A DNA stretch of 64,000 nt, from contig DF236984.1 of assembly GCA_000708835.1 (NCBI GenBank), positions 1 to 64,000 of the forward strand. Reading direction: 5' to 3'. Made by a program: the position numbers and the translations under genes. The stretch is from Klebsormidium nitens. Its lineage: Eukaryota; Plantae; Klebsormidiophyceae. Within the stretch, counting starts at the first letter, position 1. Every line of letters starts with the position of its first letter. The notes under the pieces were generated by a model. The model was not told the origin of the DNA. It did no database searches and saw only the letters and a program-made list of their open reading frames with translations. Positions 12,887-28,290 of the stretch are shown in pieces.

Positions 12887-15800
12887 TCAGGGCCCCTGCT
12901 TGCTCCGCTTTGCCGCCACGATCCTATCTATCACACTCGGTTCCAGGGGCGTCGGGTCGAGGCACCTCTCCGCAGCCGCGGTGCAAACTTCGTCCAATAG
13001 CGTATCCGCTACCGTCTCGTCGTCCATGTAATCCCGTAGCGGCGCGCGCAAGTACTGCGTATCTAGCTGGATCTGCTGGAAGCCGCTGCGGCTGAACGTC
13101 TCGAGGCGGACAAACTCCTCGAAGCTTTTGAGGACGATCTTGACGATGGCGGAGAGAACGCTCGACTGCGTGTACTCGATCTTGGTGAACAGCTCCACCC
13201 TGAGACGAAACGTGAGCAAATGGTTCAGTCTTTTCATGCCCGGTCTTCGATGAGAGAATATACAAGCTGTAATGCTCGGTTGTACGTGAAGGAGTGCTTG
13301 ACAAGGAACTAGAAAGCGCATCTTCTTTGATCGGAGCACTGCCTAAGTTCGCTAAAAGACATTGAGCCAACGCACACGATAGTCCGCAGACTGCGCTGAT
13401 CCTTGCGTGACAGTTCTTCCGTTTCAATTCTCGTTTCTAAGACTTATACGCACTCCTGAATCCTTCGAACGCTGCTGCGTGCTCGTTATAGAATGACGAC
13501 GAGGTCACGGGAGGGGAACAAATGTCCCTCGAGCACTGGCTACCCGTAGTCGGTTCGATGATACGGTATCAGGCTCCTTTCAAACGAACAAAGCTGTCAA
13601 AGTCAATTCAGAAACGACTTCCTTCCCCTGAACCCCTACAGCCAAACTTTTGTCATGAAAATGGAATCGATGTCGTGCTCAATATTGTGGGACCCACGTT
13701 TAGAAGGGGAAATGGACATGATACAAAATGGATATGAGCAGCAAAGGGAAAAGAACAGGCTGCAAACACGAACAGTTTCGCCACGTCTCGCTCCAGATTC
13801 CTATTTTGGCTGCGCTACAGGCACCAGCGCCCACTGATGCGCGCTCTAAGAAGAAAGAACAGACAAAGAAGGCGCGAAAGAGGAAAAATAAAAGTAGAAA
13901 GTCAAGTAGCAAAAGGAAGCTCATTTTTGACGGAACAGTTTCGCGACGTCTCGCTCCAGGATCGGACTCCGGCTGTGCTGTGTGGTCACCAGCGCCCGAT
14001 GATGCGCGCTTTGTTATCAAAGAATAGATAAAAAAGATAGAAGACAGAAAAGGGGAACAGAAAGTCAAGCTAGCAAGAAAAGCTAACTTTTGACGGAACA
14101 GTTTCGCCTCACTCGCTCCAGGATCCGGCTCCGGTTGTGCTGTGTGGGCACCAGCGCTTGATGATGCGCGCTTTGAGATCAAAGAAGAGATAAAGAAAGC
14201 GGGGGGGGAAATCCGGAAACAGGAAGTCAAGTTGGCAAAAAGAGCTTGCTTTTGACGGAACAGTTGCGCCACGTCTCGCTCCAAGATCCTGCTCCGGCTG
14301 CGCTGCTCGGGCGCCATCCAATGCCAGTCAGCGCTTTTACAATCAAGGAAGGAAGAACAGAAACGAAAAAACGAAAGCATGAACCACTGGCCAAGAGAAT
14401 TTTTAGATAATTCAGAGTCCAACATCAGAAGCTCACTTTTGACGGAACAGTTTCGCTACGTCTCGCTCCAAGATCCTGCTCCGGCTGCGCTGCGTGGGCG
14501 CCATTCGCCGCTGCTCGGCGCTCGGGGGAGTGCTCCGGGCGACCGCGCTTCCGCTGTTGGTCCGCCGGTGGGTCGCCTTTTCGCCCGCGTCCAAAAGCTG
14601 ACGGACGTCCGATTGGATGGCCTCCACTTCTTGCAGGAGCAGGTCGGCGACCATGCGCACATCGCGGGGCTCCTTCGCCTGCAAGAACGGGGTTCATCAT
14701 TAGGATTAGGGTTGTGTTAGGAATATTTTCTAACAATGTTTCGCTTAGCGTCCAAAAGCTGCCGGACGTCCGACTCGATGGCCTCCACTTCTTGCAGGAG
14801 CAGATCAGCGACCATGCGCACGTCGCGGGGCTCCTTGCCCGCAACACCGTGTTTAGGATCAGCTTAAGGCTGACTTTGAGGGTAGTTACAGAATGTGATT
14901 GAGTCAGGATTCATAATGTTTTTTGGTTAACGTCCAGGGATGTCGGACATCCAGTTGGATTGGCATCCGCCGGACAAGCATTTTGGCAACAACAAGCACA
15001 TTGCGATGCTCATTACCTGACGTATGAAATCAAATTCAGATGAAAAGTGGGCGATTTGCAGTTGGGTTAGGCTTGAGTTGGTACACAAATGCTGTTGGGC
15101 GATGGATCAAAGCCTCGAGTCGGGGCGCCTTTGCCTGCTCGGAAGCCACTCAGAATGGTGCAAATATCAGGGGACCCGCTTGCAAATATCAGGGGACCCG
15201 CTAGACCTGGGGTTGGTGGTAGGTTGACTTTCACATTGAAGGGTCATCAGGATTAACGAGCTCGCTTGAGAAGAAGCAAGATAATGAAGAGGACCGTAGT
15301 TGTCACCTTGAGCCAGTTCGGTGTCTCGACGCTCTTTCGCACCAGCAGCGTCAGCTTCTTGATTTGCAGGTTGACGTATTGCTGGAGCAGCCGCTCGCCC
15401 GCCGCACGGAACAGCCGCGCAAACTCGGACGGGAGGAACGACGGTCGTTCCTTGTGCGCGGAACCCCCAACGAACTTTCGTGCGAGAGACTGCGGCAGGA
15501 AGAAAGAAGTTGCTGTGACGACTGTGACGAGTGACGACGTGGGCGCACTTTCCGATGTTGGAGGGCAGGGTGTAAATCTGGTCGTGCTGCAAGGATCCTA
15601 CCAAGCAGCTTGTACGTCCAACCCCTACACTTCTTAAGACACTGCAAACTTCCCAGGGAAGCTTCTCAGAGCGGATGACTTCGGTGAAAATTATTTCAAG
15701 CGGAACCAACCCCAAGTTCACATCCCTTTGAAAATTGTGCGAGTGAGGAAACTAACGTCATCGGGTTGACGCCTTTCAATGCCATTAACCAGATTCTTCT

Positions 15801-18800
15801 TGAAGCTAGTAGGCTTTACTGGACTCTGGCTTGACCCGTCCGCATTGCACTGACATCCTGAATAGATTCCCCACCAAGGTCAACAGACTGCTTAATCTTT
15901 GTGAAATAGAGCGTACCTCAGTGACTCGGGGGAGGCCTTGCGCGTCCACAGCAACGCAAAGGCGGGCGAGGAGCAGCACCAGCCCGGGAGACGGCGCGGC
16001 ACCGGAACTTGCAGCCGCGCCTGGGGAGAAAGAGTTAGCGTCACTTTCATATTTCTGCCGAGGCGTCTAAGAGAGCAGTCTGTCTATAGCTGTGCTTGTT
16101 TCTCGCCCATTGTCGTGACGAACATTCCGGAATGTGTTCCTTCTCCGCCTAAATGGAGCGAATGACAATCGGAACAACGTCGTGATGTCTCTGAAATAAC
16201 GTCCGCATCTCACCGGAGTAACGCGCTGCCTTTCAGAGCCTGGACATGGCATACATGCATGGGCATCGCAAATGTGAGTCGATCCGCCTTTCAGTACAAC
16301 GAGGAAGTAACCACATGGTCAAGGGCGTCTGCGCGTGCTTTCACAACCAGTGTGGACGGCCGTTCCACATTCACTAACGAGGCGTGTCAAGACGTGCTCC
16401 GTGCCGGAAAACTACTCTGTCCTCGACAGAACGACCGAAGAAAGAAGGTCCAGTAGCAGAACTCATGCAGCTAGATTGGGGTAGTGCCTCACTTCCAGAG
16501 GGCCCTGGGCTAGGGGTTGGGGCGCGGGCAGGGTCCTCCGCCCCGTTACCAAGCGAAAGGAACGTGTCGTGGAGAGACTGGAACAGCTGTTGGAATTTGG
16601 ACTGCAGGCACAGACAACCCGAATAAAGTGAGGGTTAACAACAACTGAATCTCGTGTCCCAACTGAGAAACTCGTGAGCCAATTGCCTTGGTGAAACTCG
16701 AGGCAAGCGTCGCAAGCCCTTGGGCTCGTAGCTTCCTTTTAAGAATTGTAGGAAAGCCAGCAATCAAGTCAGTGTTTGCAATTTCGAACTCCGGGTCGGT
16801 TTCTGAACCAAGCCTTTTTCTTGCAAATGGTGTTCAACTTCTTGTAGGGTCAATAGTGGATACCAATCATTGAGCGCTGGTACTTTTCAACAAGATCCTC
16901 AAAAAGTCATGACTCGATCTTACAAAAATCATCTGAATCATGAAGGGGTCAGTAAACGGAACAGCATCCCGAAGTTCAAAGGCTACGAACTTTGGAGGAT
17001 GATTCTAGCAAGAAGCAGGGCACACGATAGGGCCATTCTATCTTGAGGTATAAAATTATTCGACGACGAGAGAAAGATCAAAACAACGGACATCGACAGA
17101 TGCAATGAGGCGCACATGATGCCCACACAAATGAATTCGAGAACGGAAAACGGAGACGAGAAAAAAAGGGCCCCCTTTTCTTAAGGACCAGCACCGTCCC
17201 GCAAACGGCGACCAGAGCCATAGCCCGGAAGTGAAGAATTATAATCAAAACAACCTGCTTTAGGTCCACGCACTCCTTTCTTCAGCTGGCCAGCCGCTGA
17301 TGCAAAGGGAAACGGAAAGCGGAACACGGGAGACGACAACGGAAAAAGAGATCGGAACCATGGGTCCTTTGGCTATCCACTCCCATTTTGGAACTCACCT
17401 GCACGAGGTCAGCGTATTCCTCTTTCCAGCTCGATAGCAGCTGCACCCCATCGTCCAGCAACACTTCGACGTCCTGAACGACCTCGATGCTCCCCTGGAG
17501 AAGCGCGTGAGTGGCGGCCTCGAGCCCAGTAGAAAGGTTCGTCGCTGATTGAGACAAGACACGTACAAATTCCTTGAGTGGAACAAAAGACTCTTTGGAA
17601 AGACTCGGAAAGGTTGTGTCGCTGGACGAGACAACCCCTCACGCCTTGCGGAAAGCTTTGTCACTAAAGCAAAGAAGAAAACAGTCTGGAGCCCGGCGGA
17701 AAGGTTTGCCGCTGAACGAACGAGGAAAGGAGTCTCCAAGCCTAAGAAGAGGTTTCGGCGCTAAAGGAAAGAAGAAAACGTCTCGTGGACTGTTGAAAGG
17801 TTCATATTGGAGCATCATAAGATGCTCAAAGGAGAAACCTTTTCCAAACCTCGTGATAAAATCCCAATGACACACTCAAGCTTTTCCTCAGTATAGGTGG
17901 CCCAGTCACACGCCTGTCGGAGCACAAGCGGCAGCTCAAAAACGGTGGGCTGGTTTCAAACGATCCCCGACTGAAGCCAAAGTGTGTGAGGTTCAAAAGG
18001 TTCAAAAGTGAGGTTCCCCGACTTACCAAAGGGAAGGGTGAGACTGCTTGAATCAAACTCAACACTGTGCTTTACCTTGCTCGGTCGGCGACCCTGCCAC
18101 GCTCGTGCTCGCCAGTGCTGACGATAGGATGCGCTCTTGGAGGGACGAGAAAATGCTGGCAACGTGGTCCTCCACGGCCCGCCGCGCCGCCTGCGGGACC
18201 GAGCAAAATTACAACATCCCCTCAGGAGGCGCAGGTTCAGGATGCGGACCGTAACGAGAAGGAGACACTCCAAAGACTACCTGGACTTTCTTTCGTCGTA
18301 TCAGTCTCTAAAGTGCAAAATATGGTCTGCGTCCTTGCTTTTTTATTAGTTTTGCAGTGCGCGGAGCAGTTTGACGCTGTGAGATAACAGGATCAAAGGG
18401 AGATTTTGAGTACGTACAGAAGCAACAAACTGATTCACAAAAGACTTCGACACAGAAAGCGGGGTAAGCAGCGGCAACTAACATAGTGTTGCCCGGCTTC
18501 GACAGGCGCAGGTAGGAAGGAAGGTGCAAAGGAAATAGAATCCGAAACCCTTAAATATTAGCGGAAGCTGTAATCTGCTGGAGTCTTTTCCTCTTCATTA
18601 CGTAGAAGCGAGGAAACTTTAGCCACCCATAAGCGCAAAGGCAGGAGTGCGTACCTCCGCCGCCTTCTTATATAAGCCGGCATCCGGCACGACGTCGTGC
18701 ATCAGGTGCGTGTCGTCCGATAGCGTTTTGATGGCGGCGACCAGATCCGCGGCCCGGGGGGTCCCCGCGGCTGGCTGCAGAGCCCCCTGGACGTGGCTGA

Positions 18801-21800
18801 AATACTCGCGGTACAGCTCTTGGGTCTTCTCAGTGAGCTGCGCCTCCGCCCGCGGGAAGAGCGTACGGAACGTGGAGGCGGTCCGGGTGAAGTCCTCGAT
18901 GAACGCCTGCACGAAAGTATTCGAACAATCTGACAAATTGTGGATGTACTTGGAGAAGGCACTTTGAAAGCGACTTAGTAAAGCTCAAACGCGCTTGAGT
19001 GGATACTGGTGAAGGCTTGAAAAAATCGGTTGCATTCTTACTCGATTCTCTAGTGGACGCATGCGAAGGGGACAAAGTTCGCGTAGAATGTTGCATTCTT
19101 TGCTGGCTACTGATTGGCGTCCAACGATTTCTCTAGAAAGTGGGAGGATGGTAGTCTCGATCATTGACGACAAGAGCTCAACTAGACAACTTACTTGCAT
19201 TCCTTTCAACAGTGCGTGCCAGAAACTTGTCTCGTAGCTCAGGATAGGACGCCAGTTCAAAGACTCGGTAGCTTACACTTCTTCAAAAACGGTGAGGCAC
19301 CAGACGAATTGTCTCTCACGTAAGAAGAGTTTCAGGGTAAAGTTCGAAGACCCAAGAGGAGAACCGCTCGCCTTGTTAGCGTTCAACTGGGTAGTTCTTG
19401 GCGTCGCTGGGTCTTCTGCGCTGACGGCAGCGGCCGCCTTTGCTGCCGTCACGTCCTGCAGTTCTTGCAGCAGACGTTTCCAGTGGCGGGCCAAGAAGTC
19501 TTCTTGGAGCTGGTCCACCTGCGGAAATGGATGCAAGACCGGCTGATGGGGTATTCGCACTCAGGATTTCTATGGCTTGGTTCGGACACTTTGAGAGCAA
19601 CATCGGTTTTGAATCGAGTCGATCTGTACTCAGGTAAGCCCCATGCTTCGGTACGGGCTTTGGTAATTGATGTATTTGCGTATCGGTTTTGAATCGAGGC
19701 GACATCAAATCCAATCAGCCTCGGGCTCGATTTCTCGGGCCCGAAGATCATGATGGAGTCGACGGTACTCGGGCCCGAAAGTAAACCAATGCAAAGGTAA
19801 GGGTCAAAATCGAGCCCGATCTTTCTCGAGTGGTCGTTTCCATTATGTGCGCAAAACACAGTCCAAACACCCATTGTAAGGAAGATCCAATACAGACCAC
19901 GCAAAAACCGCATTAGAATGGCTCGAGGAACAACGAAGATGCACAACCCTCCCGTCCGGTTACTGACTTTCGCAAGTTGAACGCCTCAAATGTCTCGTTT
20001 GTGGTACGGTCTTTGCGGGGTTGCTCAAACCCGTCCTTCCAAAGTTTGCGACCCGTCCAAAATCATATGGTAGCGATGCAGGTTCGAGCATCGCAGAGTT
20101 CTGATCCTGCTAAAATTCCGTCGCGCTTTTTCCTTCTGGCCTCTAAAACGCCAGATGATTGTTCACCGAACGTTCCCGGTCCTCCCGACTGAAACAACCG
20201 GAAACATTTCTTCCTTCGCTCTGTCTTTCCGAGCAAAGACTTCTTACGGGCTGATTGAGCTGCTCGAGCAATCAGACGGCCTCCGCTCAATCGTCATTGT
20301 TTGCAGCCACCTCACAGTTACAAACCGACCACGGTCTAGACGCCACAAAGAACCAAGGGATATCCGAGGAGTTATCCCCAAAGCTCATGGATGTTTTGTT
20401 ACTAACCGGTTGGTTTAGCTGCTCGAGCAACTGGACGGCCTCCGCTCGATCGTCATTGTCTGCAGCATCCGACACAATGAGGGCCTCCATCTGGCGGATG
20501 ACTTTCTCCATCACCTCCTCCGACTCGTCTTTACACGACTGGAACGAGGAGTCCCCGTACTTCTGCGAGGGGTAGACGACGACGTCAGTGGATCAGGTTA
20601 GGGCTGGCAGGGTCGGCTCCAAGGAGAACGAGGCAACCTAGGACAGAACAGTACTTATGGTTTCTCCAAACGTGCCGGCTTCTTCTTCGGAGCACAGAAA
20701 GCCCTGACAAAGACCTAAAAATGTATGCAGAGAGATATATGCGTGTAGGAAGCTGTGAAAAGAAGGCAGACTAGATGGCTTGCTTGGCAGGTATGGTTAG
20801 GAGCCCCGAAGGGACGCCATGAACACCATGGAAAGAAAGTAAACTCGCAGCATTTTCTCTTTCGACCCACGCTTTGGACGTTCAGAATTCAGTTCCAAAT
20901 TGATCTCTGAGGTCTTGAGAAGGTACTCCTAAGCTTCAGCCGTGCCGCACGGCGGCAATTGGCCCCTGCACAGGTTTCCAAGCTACTTACGTTCAGGATG
21001 GGCAGCGCTCCAACATAGTACTTGACTGCCTGGGCATATGCCTTGTGCTCGAGGCATTTGTGAAGCCGTTTTGGGAGGTCGAAGACAAACTGCAAGCGGC
21101 AGAGAAAGAGACGGATCAAGATGCAGCTAGAATGCGCAGCAAGTAGCCAACAGAAGCGACTTCCTACGACCTATACATATCCCTTGTATTTTTTGAAGCG
21201 ACGGCCATCTCAATCTCCATCATCAGCTTCGTTACGAGCTGCTTACAACCTTGACAAGCAGAGGGTCTGAGTTCCATAAAAACTTGACCGTCGCTGACAA
21301 CAAAAGTGCCAGCAGTCCTGGATAGTGCACCTTGCGCCATCCAAGAGGGATGGCGAATGGGTACTTCGAGCCTTGAGAGTGTTTCCTAATATCGTAAAAC
21401 ATGGAATCTGACAACAAACAAAAAGGACGAATCCAAGTTCAAACTGAAAAGAGAAGCTACTCCTCATCAGCTTCAGAGTGCACTGGAGGGTACATCCGTC
21501 CATACCTGGACTTTGCGCAAAAGGCTTCGGGTCCCATTCAGCGACTCAATGCGCTCCCTCCGGGAGGACAGGTTGGTGTTCACACCATCGCTCTTTGAGC
21601 GCACCGAGGTTACCGTGCTGAGCAGCAGATCCATCTGGCTCTCCATCCCGCCTACATTTTCCTTCATCCTGCAATTGCAGTATGTCGATGTGAGCCTGAC
21701 ATGGTAGGACCTGGGGGACTCTTTGGACACCACGAAACTGGGCCTTGTCGCGAGAGAGTCAAAAGTGTCTGGCTTGACTAACACTGACCCTGCTTTCAAC

Positions 21801-23130
21801 ACCTTGAGCTAAGTGCATCTGCGCTTTGAAAGTCAACAATCACTAGCATCTGGCGCTGAATCCCCTCTCAAGTCCCTGTACAATGTCCACTTCGCCGAGC
21901 CCCAGGTCCAGATCTAGAGCACGATTTGCCTCCAGATGTTGCCTGCGGAGCTAATGAGGCACTCACTTAGACACTGGTCCACATTTCACCACAAGCATTC
22001 AAACTGCAAACTCCCACCCCCCATGTTCCAAGAGTAAGGCGCACCTGCGAATGGTGTCAGTCGCGCTGATAAACTTGTTGTAGTTCTCGTACACCAGCAT
22101 CTGCATATCACTGTCCAAGTTCTTGATCTCCGCCGCCATCTCGACGTGCTTGGAGAGCAGGCCCTCCAACCGGGTGCCTCGCAACTGCAGACAACGTCCT
22201 CAACACTCAGCAATAAAGACCTGTCCAATGACACGACTTCAGAGTGTTCCGATAATCACCGAATAGCTGAAGCCTTCATGTACCCGCACCTTAAGCAGGG
22301 CCGCTTCTCTTTCAATATTCTCTTACTTTATAACAGGAGGCCCTCTGAATGGTGCCTCCTAGCTGCAGATGATCACAGTACTATGCAGTCAGGAATTGAG
22401 CCCCCAATTCACACAATGCCACTGAAAGATGGCACCATTATGCGATATGGGCCTCGTTTCAACCCTCAGGCACAGAGAGAGTTTCAGATTTTTGAGCGCC
22501 TGTTGTCAATTGCCAAATTTATGATGCTTTTAAGATGACACACGCCTTGAGAAGTAGCCGCTTCAAATTAGAGTTTGACCAAGCTGCATCCAAGGCAATA
22601 GCGATGCGGCTTGCAGCTCAATCACTGTACGGCATTCTAGAAGGAAGATTTGGCAGCAGTTTCTGAGCTCATGAAGATGCGTGACAGCTGCGAAGTGTGC
22701 TCAATGCACGATTTCAAATGTGAGCATGATAAATGCTGTATCATCAATAGAGAGACACCCTGCTTTGAAAAAGCTGCCACTGGATCAACCAGAGAAGCTT
22801 CCCTCAGCCAGAGAGGAAAAGCTCTCCCAGTGAGCAGAAGAGCAAGAGCTTAAAGAAGGGGCGCTAAAGGAATCGCAAGATGTGCACAACAATATCCTTA
22901 ATATTGCATTCATTGAATCAGGATTCAATTAGGAACATACAAGGACTTCAGGTATTCCTCACCAGGCTAGCCACATATCTATCAGCATCAAACCCCTTCG
23001 AGTCAATGCCAACATAGCTCGGGGCCGCCCTGCCTTCTCCTGCTGATCCCTGCTCTGCAGGATCAGTGCCATAGTAGCTGCTGAGTAAGCTGCGCACCCG
23101 CTTGGCCTTGTCATCCAGATCCGAAGCCAT
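12887..23130 (-). CDS. VPS51: Vacuolar protein sorting 51 (GARP/EARP complex subunit), about 13 exons
   Basis: Exons include 22963-23130 ([21 protein letters not shown]), 22045-22184 ([28 protein letters not shown], Vps51 N-terminal signature), 21506-21668, 20991-21089 (FVFDLPKRL), 20407-20562, 19320-19518, about 18652-18929, 18076-18190, about 17399-17545, about 16500-16600, about 15917-16020, 15307-15489 (ETPNWLK), 14437-14678 (KEPRDVRM...[12 protein letters not shown]) and 12887-13199 ([21 protein letters not shown]...[11 protein letters not shown]). The order matches the plant VPS51 sequence as I recall it. Confidence 0.95.
13765..14330 (-). repeat. Four degenerate tandem copies of the 3' end and donor of VPS51 exon 14437-14678 inside the following intron
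   Basis: The anchor gacggaacag is at 14441 (real exon), 14254, 14092 and 13929, with a partial copy at about 13766. Each is followed by variants of tttcgctacgtctcgctccaagatcctgctccggctg. Spacings are 187, 162, 163 and about 163. Confidence 0.9.
14748..14843 (-). repeat. Truncated copy of the first ~95 nt of VPS51 exon 14437-14678 in the upstream intron
   Basis: tccaaaagctg...ggctcctt occurs at 14590-14675 and again at 14750-14836, an offset of 160. The copy's acceptor reads ttgcgg instead of ttgcag. Confidence 0.9.
20260..20307 (-). repeat. Intronic copy of the 3' part of VPS51 exon 20407-20562
   Basis: 43 of 48 nt are identical to 20419-20466, at an offset of 159. Confidence 0.9.
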
Positions 23131-24099
23131 GATCCCAAAATTCAACTGGTGTATGACAAACTTCGCTCTCTTTGCTGCTTCTAGCCCAGCTCAAAATGCC
23201 CTGCTCATACCTCCCTGCTGTTGTTTTGAAGCGTTGAACTTTCATGCAAAGCGTCCGACGACATTGTGATCAGCAATGCAACAGTGACACAGCAGGCAAC
23301 ATTGACACGACACGGACGTACGCGTAGGCAGCAACAGGTAACTTATTGCGCGCGTCACGAGTTACCCGGGCCCTTGCTTGTAGTTCCCATTCGGGTTATC
23401 CAAACCCGATCAACACAGCCGGCCTAAATGTGAACTGTGCGCTGTTAGTTGAGCCCGAAAACCCTGCGTCTAACCTGTCAAAATGGGACCAGCTCGGAGA
23501 AAAAGCTTGCAAATGTTTTTCCTTTCCTAGTTGCCAGCTGCCATGGCAACGTGATCGAGCCTGTGCAGAGCTCTGTGCGCAGCTGTGCGCTCCTAAGAGC
23601 ACGAAAAAGGTCCTAGGTGAACTCATAAAGCAGGGACGTTGCTTCATGGCTAAAGGATAGTTTGCAAAGACGGGGTTTGTTTGCTGTGCAGCGGCGCCGG
23701 TGCAATGCAGTACTTGGTGGTGAGTTTCTCATCATCCCCATGCTTTTATATCATGTCAAGATGCATCTGATGGCTGGGACTGAAAGGCTGGAAGGTGCAA
23801 AGGTGGTGCCCGAGGTGGTGCAGGAAGAAATGTCTTGTGAAAAGCTGCTGGTAAAAATGCTTTTACCAATTAAGGATGGCTCCCCTTTGCCTATCATATG
23901 TTCTCTCACAATGGTGACCATGTGCGAGCATCCGGAGAGTTGTAAAGAGGCGAACTGCTTAAGGCTCTGGCATCTCAAGACGTAGCAGATGTTGACTCAA
24001 TAAAAGGCCAAAACAAACAAGCAAATTGTCTTTTGACGCACTTCCCCGCTATGAAATTCATAGGTTTTCAAAAGGTGCTGATGGGCCTTTGTCAGTTGG

Positions 24100-24400
24100 T
24101 TGCTCCCCATAAACTTTCTCAACAAGCCTGAGCAAATTTGCGTACAGCAGCTTCGGCCCAAAGAGTGGTTCGATTTTTTGTCAATGAAGCTGAAGAAAGG
24201 CCATTGCTTGGAGATAAAGTGTTCTTTTTGCAAGCACATCCTGCAAAATCAGTGTCCTCACCTCCAGTGCAGCAACGTTCATCAAAGTGAGGGGCATCAC
24301 CCCCCCGGCTCACCTGCCCCCATTTCCCTGTGCAGTACACCGATTCCAACAAGTGCCAGAAGAAAAGCAAAGAAGAAGACATTGTAGAGAATCTCTGCTT
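24100..24400 (+). mobile_element. Possible decayed BED zinc finger of a hAT-type transposase
   Basis: One frame gives EWFDF...IKCSFCKH. The adjacent frame gives RGITPPAHLPPFPCAVHRFQQVPEE, which resembles the plant hAT BED consensus W..CxxC..GGITRLKQHL......V..C.KVPEE. The similarity is weak, frameshifted and judged by eye. Confidence 0.25.
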
Positions 24401-24652
24401 CATATTGCCGCAATCCAAGTCACCTACAGCTCGATTGCCAACCTACCGTATCTTCTTCAGAAGTATAATCTAGAGGGTCTCTAATACATCATGATCTAGC
24501 CCCTGAGCGTGTAGTAGACCTCAGTCGCTTGCACAGTAGCAGCGCCGATAGCCTCCTCTGCACAGCCGCCAGTTATTCAGCGTCATCAAAAGGAAGTTTT
24601 TGGACTGCCATTGAGTAGGATAAGAAAGGGACAGAAGTGAGGGAGCACTGGC

Positions 24653-28290
<3,638 letters not shown>

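Noticed and set aside
13700-14425. 241-aa ORF with internal repeats
   Set aside because: It is the translation of the intronic VPS51 echo array, and is Phe/Ser-biased from polypyrimidine tracts.
13765-14500. Regularly spaced direct repeats read as a CRISPR array (also 47560-48015 and 62085-62570)
   Set aside because: The units are degenerate, the 'spacers' are similar to each other, the repeats match adjacent exons, there are no cas genes, and the context is eukaryotic.
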